Shown one piece after another: positions 9,892-19,669 of a stretch of 64,000 nt of DNA (position 1 is the stretch's first letter; each line of letters begins with the position of its first letter). The position numbers and the translations under genes are program-made. Source of the stretch: Sediminibacterium goheungense. Lineage in GTDB: Bacteria > Bacteroidota > Bacteroidia > Chitinophagales > Chitinophagaceae. A model generated the notes under the pieces. It ran no database searches and had not been told where the DNA came from. It saw only the letters and a program-made list of their open reading frames with translations. The DNA is taken from the NCBI RefSeq assembly GCF_004361915.1, contig NZ_SNWP01000010.1, positions 1,016,050 through 1,080,049 of the forward strand, in the 5' to 3' direction.

Positions 9892-11505
9892 TTAATAACC
9901 GAAATTCTGCTTCAGGTTAGGGTTTGATGCCAATGCTGTAGTTGGTATAGGATATACCACTTTATAAGCATCAGATGCGTTAGGTCTTTCTTCAACAGGA
10001 GCGTTGAAGGCACCGAAACGGATCATATCTGTTCTTCTGTGACCTTCGAGGTAAAGTTCACGACCTCTTTCAGCCAGTAATACAGGAAGTGTTACGGCTG
10101 TCAGAGCTGAAGCTCCTCTTATGGTACGAATACTGTTTACGATTGTTAATGGAGTTTCACCATTCGCACCTGTAGTTCCACCTCTTAACAAAGCTTCTGC
10201 TTTCATGAGACGAACATCAGAGAAACGTAAGAAAGGAAACTCATTGGAACTGCTCCATCCACCATCATTGATCGTAGAAGGATCGAGAGGGAACTTGTTT
10301 ACACGGATACCGCTTGCTTCACCATTGAAGAAGATAGAAGCGTTACGGGTAAAGACCAGTGGGTTACCACTTCTGTCGTAAAGGTTACCGATCGGGTCTC
10401 CGATAGCACCTGGTTCTTTAGGGTTATTGGCCTTAACAGGACCACGTGCCTGACCTACGATGAAACCGGCATTAGAACCTACACGGTTTGTATAACCAGC
10501 CAATGGTGTTGACTTACGAACGTCAACATCTTCAAAGCTATCGTAGAACTGAGACAGGGTTACGAAACCATTCCAGCTTGATGGACGCTGGTTATAGTGC
10601 CAGCTCTGGCAGGTTTGCCATACGAGGTTAGCACCGTTACCCGCTCTCGCATCACCACCTGGTTTACGTACGAAGATGTTTTCAGTTGATGCTGTACCAT
10701 TATCCCACTTGAAATTATCCCAATAGTTAGGATCAAGTGAGAAGCTCGCATTAGCTGCAACCAGGTTACAATATTCAATCACTTTATTCATATCAGCAGC
10801 CGCAAAACTGTATGGGCCGGCTGGTGAAGTAGGTGCTTGTTTATAAACGGCTTTGTTCAGGTAGGCTTTAGCCAGTAAAGCATAAGCTGCTTCTTTGGTT
10901 ACCTGACCACGGAGAGCTGGTGTAAATGTAGGCAGTGATGGTACCGCTGCTTCCAGTTCTGTGATGATCGCATCGATCGCTTCTGATCTTGTCATAACAG
11001 TAGGTACTACATTCGCTGCTGCTGTTGCAGGACGGGTTTGTACCTGACCATAAATATCACATACCAGGAAGCGGAAGAAAGCACGCAGGAACTGACCTTC
11101 TGCTTTGGTTAAACCGGTTGCTGTTTCAGCAATCAGTGTTGTCTGGAACAATGCACCATTCAAACCATTCCAGGTATCGTTGATCTGGTTATGATCAGGA
11201 CCCCAGGTATGGAGGTGCAGACGGCGCCATGTACCGAAGTCATCCCAGTCGGTACCACGTGTTGGGCCCATGATTTCGTCGGTAGAGTGTTCCTGTAAAC
11301 CGAACCAGTTACCCTGGCCACCGGTTAATTGGTTGAGTTGCTCATACACCGCAGCAATAGATGGCGGCGTTGGCGCACCACTGCCCGTATTAGGAGCAAT
11401 GGAATTAGGTGCTTCCAGTTTTGGATCAAGCTTAGAGCATGATACGCTAAGTACAGTTACAGCGGTAAGCACCGGTATAAATCTACTTTTGATTATATTT
11501 TTCAT
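9892..11505 (-). CDS. susD: SusD/RagB family nutrient-binding outer-membrane lipoprotein
   Basis: 537 aa with lipoprotein signal (VLSVSCSK). Immediately downstream of SusC on the same strand. SusD-like TPR-rich composition. Confidence 0.8.
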   Translation of the reverse strand: MKNIIKSRFIPVLTAVTVLSVSCSKLDPKLEAPNSIAPNTGSGAPTPPSIAAVYEQLNQLTGGQGNWFGLQEHSTDEIMGPTRGTDWDDFGTWRRLHLHTWGPDHNQINDTWNGLNGALFQTTLIAETATGLTKAEGQFLRAFFRFLVCDIYGQVQTRPATAAANVVPTVMTRSEAIDAIITELEAAVPSLPTFTPALRGQVTKEAAYALLAKAYLNKAVYKQAPTSPAGPYSFAAADMNKVIEYCNLVAANASFSLDPNYWDNFKWDNGTASTENIFVRKPGGDARAGNGANLVWQTCQSWHYNQRPSSWNGFVTLSQFYDSFEDVDVRKSTPLAGYTNRVGSNAGFIVGQARGPVKANNPKEPGAIGDPIGNLYDRSGNPLVFTRNASIFFNGEASGIRVNKFPLDPSTINDGGWSSSNEFPFLRFSDVRLMKAEALLRGGTTGANGETPLTIVNSIRTIRGASALTAVTLPVLLAERGRELYLEGHRRTDMIRFGAFNAPVEERPNASDAYKVVYPIPTTALASNPNLKQNFGY

Positions 11506-11523
11506 TACTTCAGTTTTTATTGA

Positions 11524-14500
11524 TTAAAATCCAACATTCAAACCTACAGTGATAATCCTTGGTCTTGGATATTGCGTATAGTCAAATCCACGTGAAGGAA
11601 TACCATTGATGTTCTTATCTACGTTCACCTCAGGATCGATACCAGAGTAACCTGTAATCAGTGCCAGATTCTGACCTGATGCAAATACTGACAATGATTT
11701 GAAGAGGCTGCTCTTTCTCAGGTTAAATGCATAACTCAGGTTTACGTTAGCCAGACGGATGAAATCTCCTTTCTCCAGGAAGCGTGTTGAAACAGAACCT
11801 GGGTTGAATGGATTTTCAGGACCGTTACCTATTGCATTGGTTACGTTACGTGCATTACGCAAGCTACCTTTCAGGAACAGGGCATTGGCAGTGTTGTTAT
11901 ACACTTTGAAACCAGTGATCGCATTCAGGAACACACTCAGGTTCCATCTTCCATAAGAGAAATTGTTGGTTAAACCGGCAAAGAAAGTAGGTAAAGCACT
12001 TCCTACCAGTTGGTTAGAAGCACCATTTCCGTAACGGGCATTACCATTACCATCGAAGCCATTAAACACTGGCATTGACCAGGTAAAGATGGGCGATCCA
12101 TTGGTAAGGGTTTGCGCAAACGCACCTGTAAGACCCTGACCACTTACCGAACCAGTGTTGATCGGTGTAGGCAGACCTTCGATGTTATTGCTTACAGTTG
12201 TCATGTTATAGTTGATATCCCAGCTGAATTTCTTGCCCTGGATAGCTCTATAGTTAACACTTGCTTCCCATCCTTTGTTGATTACTTTACCATCTAAATT
12301 AATCCACCAGTTAGCAGTGGGTGCAAAACCACCCGGTGTTGGTGCGAAGAACAGCATGTTCTTACGGTTGTTATTATAGTAGTCAACAGTTACAGATAAT
12401 CTTTTGTCTTTGGTAGTGAAGTCAACCCCTATACCAGTCGTAGCAACTTCTTCCCATTTCAGGTTAGGGTTACCCTGCTGAATAAAGCGGGTTACAGGAC
12501 CGGCACCTACATCAAATGTTTGCTGCAGGTTCAGGGCCGCATAAGAACCTAAGTTATCCTGGCTACCCAGTTTACCATAGTTGGCACGGAAGCTCAGGTC
12601 GCTGAGGAATCCACCAAATACTTTCTGAGCCCATGCTTCTTCCAGTACTCTCCACTTAAAGGCAAAAGCCGGGAAAGTAGCATAACGGTTGTTAGAACCG
12701 AATTTAGAAGAACCATCAGATCTTACGGTTACAGTAAGGAAGTATTTGTCGTTATAAGTGTAGTTCAAACGACCAAACACAGACTGTAATTCGTTTCTAT
12801 CGAAGTTAGGAACGAAGTTGGCGTAGTTGTTAAACGCTGCAAAGTCTTTCACAAACACATCTTTCGGACCTACCACAGGTGTTTTTACACCCCAGCCAAA
12901 TGAACCGTTGTAACGATTCTGGAAGCTCTGGTATGAATAACCTGCAATGGCATTGATCGCATGCTTGTCGTTGAAAGTTTTGTCGTAAGTCAGATAGTGT
13001 TCAACCAGTTGAGATTTGGTCTCCAGATTTTGTCTGGTGGTACGACCATTACCCTGGATCTGGTTACCATAATCCTTACCGAAAATATTTACAGTACCAC
13101 CATATGCACCTGTACCCAAACGTGGGTCAGCAAATGAAGTACGCTGTGATTTAGAGTTATCCAGACCTAATACTACTTTATAGCTCAGGTCTTTGGTGAT
13201 CTGATAACTTGCAGAGAAGTTACCCAGGAAACGATTGATGTAATCGTTGTCAGTGAAGTAAGCCAGCATTTGTGTTGGGTTACGCTGATCACCTGGCTGA
13301 TAGAATGAGCCATCTGCATTGTAAACAGGGTTGGTTGGGTTAAACTGCAAAGCAGCACCTAACAAACTACCCTGATAACCTGCGTTGTTAGAAAGTGGAG
13401 CATAAGAGTTCTCTGTACGAGACATGGTAACATTTGCTTCCAGTTTCACTTTGTCATTGAATAATTTCTGACTGAGGTTTGCGCGACCGGTTAATCTTTT
13501 CAGACCCGTATTCTTAACAATACCCTGTTGGTTATCGTATGAACCACTCAAACGGGCAGTTGTACCCTTGTTGCTCATAGACCAGCTCAGGTTATGGTTC
13601 TGAGAAATGGCTGTTCTGAAAATTTCATCCTGCCAGTCAGTGTTAGCACCTTTATCGATACTTGCTACCGCCGCAGCTGCAGCAATGGGATCTGCACCAC
13701 CATCAATATTGGCTTTTTTAGCAGCCAATAAGAAATCCTGTGCATTCATTAGATCGTAACGACGTGCAATTTTTGCGATGGTAGTAGATGCACCATAAGA
13801 AAGTACGCCACGCTTACCACCCTTACCTTGTTTGGTAGTGATAAGGATTACACCATTCGCACCTCTTGAACCATAGATCGCAGCAGCAGATGCATCTTTC
13901 AGCACTGTGATGCTCTCGATATCTGTTGGGTTCAAAAAGATCAAAGGGTTTTTGGCAGAAGTACCACCTTCAACACCACTGTTGTTGGTACCCAGTGTAC
14001 CACCCTGAATCAGGGGCACACCATCAATTACATACAAAGGTTCCTGTGCACCACTGATAGAACCGGTACCCCTGATATTAATGGTAGCAGCAGCACCCGG
14101 CTCACCGGTTGAAGGTGTAACGAGTACACCCGCTGTACGACCCTGCAGTAATTGCTCAGGAGAAGCGATCTGACCTTTGTTAAAGTCTTTTTCAGTTACA
14201 CGGGAAACAGAACCAGTTACGTCTTTCGACTTTCTGGTACCGTAACCAATTACCACCACATCAGCCAGCGCATCTGCAGTAGCAGTGAGCGAGGCATTGG
14301 CAGTATTGGAAGAAGAAATGTTCACATCGGCAGAGCTATATCCTGAAAAGGAAATAGTTAAGGTTCTTGCTGATGATGGAACGGAAAGTTTAAAAGTACC
14401 ATCGGCACCGGTTTGTGTACCAGTCGTTGATCCTTTTACTAGAACAGATGCACCAGCCAATGGCGATCCGTCTTTGGAGTCGGTTACTTTACCAGTAACC

Positions 14501-14586
14501 GTTTTCGTTTGTGCCTGCGCGAATAGGGTAAATACGCAAGCGAGTAAACCCACAAGCGTGGGCCTGACAAGCTTCGAAAGGTTCAT
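11524..14586 (-). CDS. susC: SusC/RagA family TonB-dependent outer-membrane transporter
   Basis: 1020 aa. Signal peptide. N-terminal carboxypeptidase-regulatory-like domain (KTVTGKVTDSKDGSPLAGASVLVKGST). TonB box DVVVIGYGT. Plug and barrel. C-terminal aromatic residue. Confidence 0.9.
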   Translation of the reverse strand: MNLSKLVRPTLVGLLACVFTLFAQAQTKTVTGKVTDSKDGSPLAGASVLVKGSTTGTQTGADGTFKLSVPSSARTLTISFSGYSSADVNISSSNTANASLTATADALADVVVIGYGTRKSKDVTGSVSRVTEKDFNKGQIASPEQLLQGRTAGVLVTPSTGEPGAAATINIRGTGSISGAQEPLYVIDGVPLIQGGTLGTNNSGVEGGTSAKNPLIFLNPTDIESITVLKDASAAAIYGSRGANGVILITTKQGKGGKRGVLSYGASTTIAKIARRYDLMNAQDFLLAAKKANIDGGADPIAAAAAVASIDKGANTDWQDEIFRTAISQNHNLSWSMSNKGTTARLSGSYDNQQGIVKNTGLKRLTGRANLSQKLFNDKVKLEANVTMSRTENSYAPLSNNAGYQGSLLGAALQFNPTNPVYNADGSFYQPGDQRNPTQMLAYFTDNDYINRFLGNFSASYQITKDLSYKVVLGLDNSKSQRTSFADPRLGTGAYGGTVNIFGKDYGNQIQGNGRTTRQNLETKSQLVEHYLTYDKTFNDKHAINAIAGYSYQSFQNRYNGSFGWGVKTPVVGPKDVFVKDFAAFNNYANFVPNFDRNELQSVFGRLNYTYNDKYFLTVTVRSDGSSKFGSNNRYATFPAFAFKWRVLEEAWAQKVFGGFLSDLSFRANYGKLGSQDNLGSYAALNLQQTFDVGAGPVTRFIQQGNPNLKWEEVATTGIGVDFTTKDKRLSVTVDYYNNNRKNMLFFAPTPGGFAPTANWWINLDGKVINKGWEASVNYRAIQGKKFSWDINYNMTTVSNNIEGLPTPINTGSVSGQGLTGAFAQTLTNGSPIFTWSMPVFNGFDGNGNARYGNGASNQLVGSALPTFFAGLTNNFSYGRWNLSVFLNAITGFKVYNNTANALFLKGSLRNARNVTNAIGNGPENPFNPGSVSTRFLEKGDFIRLANVNLSYAFNLRKSSLFKSLSVFASGQNLALITGYSGIDPEVNVDKNINGIPSRGFDYTQYPRPRIITVGLNVGF

Positions 14587-14808
14587 AAATGGCAGTTTAT
14601 TGGTTATTAAGCGTGTACAAAGTACACATTTTTTTCAGAAACAAAATTTTTTCTTAAAATTTTCTATTGTTTCAGGAAAAATGATACAAGTACCCATTAT
14701 AAGACCAAGTTACAGGGAAAAAAGATGCACAGAAACTAACATAATGACGCTTTTTTACGTCTGAATTTTATATAAGTAATTGATTATAAATACTTTAAAG
14801 ATAATTGA

Positions 14809-14840
14809 AAACATTTTCGCAAAGGTTTGCGGAAATGTTT
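14809..14840. promoter_or_regulatory. 15-bp-arm palindrome AAACATTTTCGCAAA-GG-TTTGCGGAAATGTTT, ~45 bp upstream of LacI-family regulator start (candidate operator)
   Basis: One mismatch between arms. Located in the divergent susC / lacI-family intergenic region. Confidence 0.45.
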
Positions 14841-14884
14841 GTTGTGGAAATTTTATTACATTCAACTTTAGAAACTACGCCTGC

Positions 14885-15871
14885 ATGCACAATACCACAC
14901 TTAAAAAGATCTCAGAAATACTGGGAATCAGCATCTCTACCGTTTCAAGAGCCCTGAAGCACCATCCGGATATTTCACTTAAAACAAGACAAAAAGTTAT
15001 TGATCTGGCCGAAGCCCTCGATTATGAGCCCAATGCCAGCGCCGTTCAGTTGAGAACCAGAAACAGTAAGCTGCTGGGACTGATGGTACCCACCATTTCT
15101 AATTATTTCTATGAAACATTTATTGCAGCCGTAGAAGAAGATGCCAGAAAACAAGGCTACTCTGTAATGATCTTACAATCCGGCAACGACCCTGTTATTG
15201 AACTGGAGAATCTGAAACTTTTCCGCCAGAACCGTGTATCGGGCGTATTCGCATGCCTGAGTTTGTCTACCACTGATATGAAGGGCTTTGAACGTATGCG
15301 GGAATTAGATATACCAGTAGTGTTTTTTGATAATGTACCGGAAGAAGACGGCCTGCATAAAATATGTATGGCCGATGAAAAAAGTGCCCAACTGGCAGCA
15401 GAATTGATTCTGCAACAGCCCTATCAATCCGTGCTCGCCTTGTTTGGCAACCCACAATTGTCGATCACCAAAAAAAGAGAAGAAGCGCTGAAGCTTGCTT
15501 TTCAATCGCACCCCAAAATTGAATTACTCGTTGAACATGCAGGCAATTCTGAAGAAGCGCAAAACATTACGCATGCTATGCTTGATAAGCACCAACCCGA
15601 TATTATCTTTTGCATGAGCGATGAAATACTGATAGGTGTATTAAAAACCATTCAGCAAAGAGGATTACACTACCCTGATAATATTGCGCTGCTCACCATC
15701 AGCAATGGCACCATTCCAAAACTGTTCCATCCTCAGATTACTTATATCGAAACCAGCGGAGAAAAACTGGGTCGCCTCGCCTTTTCACACATGCTCAACT
15801 GCATCAACGGCAACAGCGAAGCGAAAGAGCTATTGGTAGATGCAGTATTGGTGAAAGGAGGATCGGTGTGA
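14885..15871 (+). CDS. LacI-family transcriptional regulator, divergent from PUL
   Basis: HTH TLKKISEILGISISTVSRAL followed by periplasmic-binding-fold sugar-sensor domain. ORF opens at 14780 but the HTH-proximal ATG is at 14885. Confidence 0.85.
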   Translation: MHNTTLKKISEILGISISTVSRALKHHPDISLKTRQKVIDLAEALDYEPNASAVQLRTRNSKLLGLMVPTISNYFYETFIAAVEEDARKQGYSVMILQSGNDPVIELENLKLFRQNRVSGVFACLSLSTTDMKGFERMRELDIPVVFFDNVPEEDGLHKICMADEKSAQLAAELILQQPYQSVLALFGNPQLSITKKREEALKLAFQSHPKIELLVEHAGNSEEAQNITHAMLDKHQPDIIFCMSDEILIGVLKTIQQRGLHYPDNIALLTISNGTIPKLFHPQITYIETSGEKLGRLAFSHMLNCINGNSEAKELLVDAVLVKGGSV

Positions 15872-16000
15872 GCAGAAAGTGAGTAGTCAGTAGTGAGTAG
15901 TGAGTAGTGAGTAAAAAGCTATATCTTTATTGATACCCTACTGACTACTGACTACTGACTACTGACTACTGACTACTGACTACTCACTACTCACTCTCTG
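15872..16000. repeat. Heptad-repeat hairpin element, (GTGAGTA/GTCAGTA)n arm – loop – (TACTGAC/TACTCAC)n arm
   Basis: Left arm has 5 heptads, right arm 8. Sits between convergent gene ends (LacI regulator / Gfo oxidoreductase). Confidence 0.8.
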
Positions 16001-17353
16001 CTAATATTTAAAAATCTTCCCCCCTGCCATCACTTCCTGTTTCGCTTCATCAAATGTGGCTTTCATGCCGTTACGGGAGGCGGCGGTGGTCATAATATTG
16101 GCTATTGAATGATAGTAGCCCGCTTCTACAGGTGCGTTGGGTTGTTTACGGCTTCTTACACATTCCATCCAGTTACGCATATGCGCAGAAGTGAGTACAT
16201 CGCCACCTGTATTCGCCGATGCAACTACCTTGGGTGCATTATCGGTAAGGTTCAGCTCCGGTAACAAGTTCGGTTGCATCTGCATAGCATCTGCATGGTT
16301 CTTACGCAATCCTCCTTTGGGAGAAATTTTATTGGTATTGAGGTTCATTTCTCCGCCATTGGAATAATAGATCTCTGTCGGATTTTCATCCCCATTGTGC
16401 ATACGTGAAGTGAATATTACCTGGAAGCCATCTTTATCATTCGATCCATAATCGAATACAGCAGTAGTGGTATCCCAGTTTCTTCTTCCATCGTTCCACA
16501 TATAAATACCTCCATTGGCTACCACACTTCTCGGATGTTTCAATCCGGTGAACCAATGCACCGTATCAATCTGGTGCGACATCCACTGACCCGGCATACC
16601 TGAAGAATAAGGCCAGAACAAACGGTACTCCAGGTATTTCCTGGGATCCCATTGTTCAAAGGGACGGTTCATCAGAAACCGTTTCCAATCTGTATCAGCT
16701 TCTTTTAATTGATCTACAAGTCCCGGACGGCGCCAGCGACCGGGTTGATTTACGTTCCAGCTAAGCTCAACCATCGTAATTTTTCCGAACTTACCTGCTT
16801 TGATAAATTCATCAGCCGCCTTGTAGTTTACACCGCTTCTCCGCTGCGAACCGATCTGTACAATTTTATCGGATGCTTTTACGGCTTTCAGTGCCGCCTT
16901 ATTATCTTCCATGGTTTCTGCAAAAGGTTTTTCTACATAAGCATCACACCCTGCTTTTACAGCTTCTATACAATGAAGGGCATGCTGAAAATCGGCCGTA
17001 CTGATGATAACAGCATCTACCGATTTGGACGCATAGAGTTCTTCATTGTTTCTAAAAGCCATGATATCATGACCCATTTTTTCTTTGAGATAAGCCTGCC
17101 CTTCTTCTCTTCTGATCTTCCATAAATCAGAAACCCCTACAATATCAAAATTGAGCTCTTTGAAATGATGTTGAAAACAGGGCAGCAATGAAAACTTAAA
17201 CCGTTCCGAGTAACCCACCACACCTACACGCACGCGATCATTGGCACCGATAATTCTGGCATAACTGGCAGCACTCATACCCATCGATGCTGCATACACA
17301 GCAGCAGATGCTTTCAACGACTGCTGAATAAATTTTCTTCTGTTGCTTGACAT
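16001..17353 (-). CDS. Gfo/Idh/MocA family oxidoreductase with Tat signal
   Basis: Tat motif SNRRKFIQQSL and Rossmann GxGxxG-type N-terminus (VGVVGY). Start chosen at M43 of the ORF to avoid a 107-nt overlap with the upstream gene. Confidence 0.8.
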   Translation of the reverse strand: MSSNRRKFIQQSLKASAAVYAASMGMSAASYARIIGANDRVRVGVVGYSERFKFSLLPCFQHHFKELNFDIVGVSDLWKIRREEGQAYLKEKMGHDIMAFRNNEELYASKSVDAVIISTADFQHALHCIEAVKAGCDAYVEKPFAETMEDNKAALKAVKASDKIVQIGSQRRSGVNYKAADEFIKAGKFGKITMVELSWNVNQPGRWRRPGLVDQLKEADTDWKRFLMNRPFEQWDPRKYLEYRLFWPYSSGMPGQWMSHQIDTVHWFTGLKHPRSVVANGGIYMWNDGRRNWDTTTAVFDYGSNDKDGFQVIFTSRMHNGDENPTEIYYSNGGEMNLNTNKISPKGGLRKNHADAMQMQPNLLPELNLTDNAPKVVASANTGGDVLTSAHMRNWMECVRSRKQPNAPVEAGYYHSIANIMTTAASRNGMKATFDEAKQEVMAGGKIFKY

Positions 17354-17372
17354 ATTGCTTGTTTTAACCTTG

Positions 17373-18728
17373 TTACTTGATTTCTTGAATCTTGATACTT
17401 CTAAACCACACTTCGTTTCCATGATCCTGCAACAGCAATTTACCTTTTGCTGCCATTCCGAAATTGGGCCACTGTGCATATTTGCTTTTTGCTACCAATG
17501 CGTAATAATATTGTGCCCCACGCTGGTACTCCAGCATTTTCCATCCATTCAAGTAATGGGTTACCCAACCATTGGGCTGCACAACAATCATACACCTGTT
17601 CCATTCACCAATTTTTCTTCTGGCCCTTGGCTCTCTTAGCGATGGAATGAGGTCATACAATGAGGCAAGTGTTCTGTTATGAATAGAACCCATTTTCGCA
17701 TCCGGATGTCTTTCATCATCCAGTAACTGGTATTCGAGTCCGATAGCAGAACCGGGATTCTTCTCATTCTCCGTTACAAAATATTTCACACCACTGTTGG
17801 CACCTTCTGTGAGCTTGCTCTCAAACTGAAGAATAAAGGCACCATATTCTTTTTCAGAAACAATATCACCTCCATTTATCGATTCGCCACCGGTTGATGC
17901 CAATACACGCAGCGTACCATCTTTTACCTGCCAGCCTTTTTCAGGAAACGTACTTTTATAAGCACCTCTCCATCCTTTTGTACTGGTACCATCAAATAAT
18001 AACTGAACCCCATTTTGTTTTTCCTGTTCAGATAAAGTGTTGGGAATAAAATTGGCCACAAAAACCTTATCAGCCGGGGTAGCTTGCAGGTTATTGGTTT
18101 TGATGAAGATATTACGCCAGCGTATTTGTTTGCCCGACTCCTCCGGTTTACCCACAGAATGTACCTGTAAAGCAATCAGCCCTTCCGTCGTCATATCATC
18201 CACAATATGTGCAGCGGGTATACCATTTACAAATGTGCGGATGGTATTGCCAATACATTCAATGCGACATTTGTTCCATTCACCTGCTTTATATGTTGTT
18301 TTGGCGGTTGGATTGTAATCCAGTGTATACAACCAGTCTCTCCTGGCTTCATCATAAATGCCACCTGTCCATGCACGCGGCGAGGGATCTATTTCAAACT
18401 GATAACCATGTACACGACCGTTCTGGTATTCAGGTTTGCTTTCGCTACGGAACTGTATACCTGAGTTCATTTCGGCATCCAGCTTAAATTCAAGTTCGAG
18501 AATAAAATCTTTGTAATTTTTTTCAGTGGCCAGAAAAGAGTTGGGCTCTCCATAAACCGTAGTACCGGTAATTTCACCATTTACCACGGCATATTTTGCC
18601 TTACCATTTAGTTGCTTCCATCCTGAAAGGTCACGACCATTGAATAAAGACGTCCAGCCGGGTAATTTTTTTTGTGCAAACAGTTGAAAGGGTGTTATCA
18701 ATACCAGTAACCAGCATACCAATTTCAT
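17373..18728 (-). CDS. Tandem DUF1080 (3-keto-disaccharide hydrolase-like, concanavalin-type) protein, secreted
   Basis: 451 aa with signal peptide. Two repeats of a W..F.G.DL.GW……G motif (LFNGRDLSGWKQ and LFDGTSTKGWRG). Typically partnered with Gfo/Idh/MocA oxidoreductases. Confidence 0.7.
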   Translation of the reverse strand: MKLVCWLLVLITPFQLFAQKKLPGWTSLFNGRDLSGWKQLNGKAKYAVVNGEITGTTVYGEPNSFLATEKNYKDFILELEFKLDAEMNSGIQFRSESKPEYQNGRVHGYQFEIDPSPRAWTGGIYDEARRDWLYTLDYNPTAKTTYKAGEWNKCRIECIGNTIRTFVNGIPAAHIVDDMTTEGLIALQVHSVGKPEESGKQIRWRNIFIKTNNLQATPADKVFVANFIPNTLSEQEKQNGVQLLFDGTSTKGWRGAYKSTFPEKGWQVKDGTLRVLASTGGESINGGDIVSEKEYGAFILQFESKLTEGANSGVKYFVTENEKNPGSAIGLEYQLLDDERHPDAKMGSIHNRTLASLYDLIPSLREPRARRKIGEWNRCMIVVQPNGWVTHYLNGWKMLEYQRGAQYYYALVAKSKYAQWPNFGMAAKGKLLLQDHGNEVWFRSIKIQEIK

Positions 18729-18780
18729 TCGTAAAATTTTGATTGAAAAGGTACATATTTTCTTATACAGAAAACACTAC

Positions 18781-19605
18781 TTACTTCAACATTTGAATAG
18801 CAGTAGCAAAGATGGTACTCAACGAGTCGTCGGCCCTTCCGGCAACCTCAATGATCTCAGCAATATTAACAGGTGTTAGGTTATCAGGGTCGCATTCATC
18901 GGTGATTACACTTACAGCAGCACAACGCAATTCAATATGATTGGCTACAATAACTTCAGGTACTGTACTCATGCCTACCATATCGGCACCCGATGCCCTT
19001 AGATAACGGTATTCGGCCCTTGTTTCCAGATTAGGGCCCTGTACCGAAACATATACACCATGCAATAATTCTTTCTGTACTGTATGTGCTGCTTTTATCA
19101 GTACCTGTGCCATAGCTTCATCATAAGGCCGGCACATGTCTACAAAACGATTTCCAAACCCCGGATCATTCAATCCTCTCAATGGGTTTTCAGGCAACAT
19201 ATTGATATGATCATTAATCAATACCATGTCTCCCTTTTTATACAATGGGTTCATACCACCTGCGGCATTACTCAAGAGAAGGTATTTTACACCCATTTCT
19301 TTCATAACACGAATAGGGAAAGTAATCTGCTGCATGCTATATCCCTCATAATAATGAAAACGTCCCTGCATGGCTATTACTTTCACTCCATGAACATTTC
19401 CATATAAAAGCTGCCCTTTATGAAATTCGACCGTGGCTACCGGGAAATGAGGTATCTCATGATAAGGAATGGTAAACTCAATATCCATTTTTTGCACAAA
19501 TGCACCCAGTCCTGTTCCAAGCACCACGCCTGTCTCAGGTGCCTGAAAGCCTTTTGAAAGGAGGAAAGCAGCTGTTTCTTTAATTTTTTGTAGCATATTC
19601 TCCAT
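18781..19605 (-). CDS. Purine nucleoside phosphorylase (PNP/MTAP family)
   Basis: Phosphate-binding N-terminus (GVVLGTGLG…) and family-typical length. Start trimmed to an internal Met. Confidence 0.8.
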   Translation of the reverse strand: MENMLQKIKETAAFLLSKGFQAPETGVVLGTGLGAFVQKMDIEFTIPYHEIPHFPVATVEFHKGQLLYGNVHGVKVIAMQGRFHYYEGYSMQQITFPIRVMKEMGVKYLLLSNAAGGMNPLYKKGDMVLINDHINMLPENPLRGLNDPGFGNRFVDMCRPYDEAMAQVLIKAAHTVQKELLHGVYVSVQGPNLETRAEYRYLRASGADMVGMSTVPEVIVANHIELRCAAVSVITDECDPDNLTPVNIAEIIEVAGRADDSLSTIFATAIQMLK

Positions 19606-19669
19606 AATAACAGGTAATTTTTCGTTCTGTAAAATAAAACTATCTGCGTTCAATGAACGTATTTATATC

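Noticed and set aside
14285-14764. 159-aa ORF overlapping the 5' end of susC on the opposite strand
   Set aside because: It overlaps the SusC N-terminal domain and signal peptide and has no motif. Likely spurious.
15872-16000. Considered whether the heptad arrays could be CRISPR arrays
   Set aside because: The units are contiguous 7-mers with no spacers, arranged as inverted arms of a hairpin. There are no cas genes in the window.
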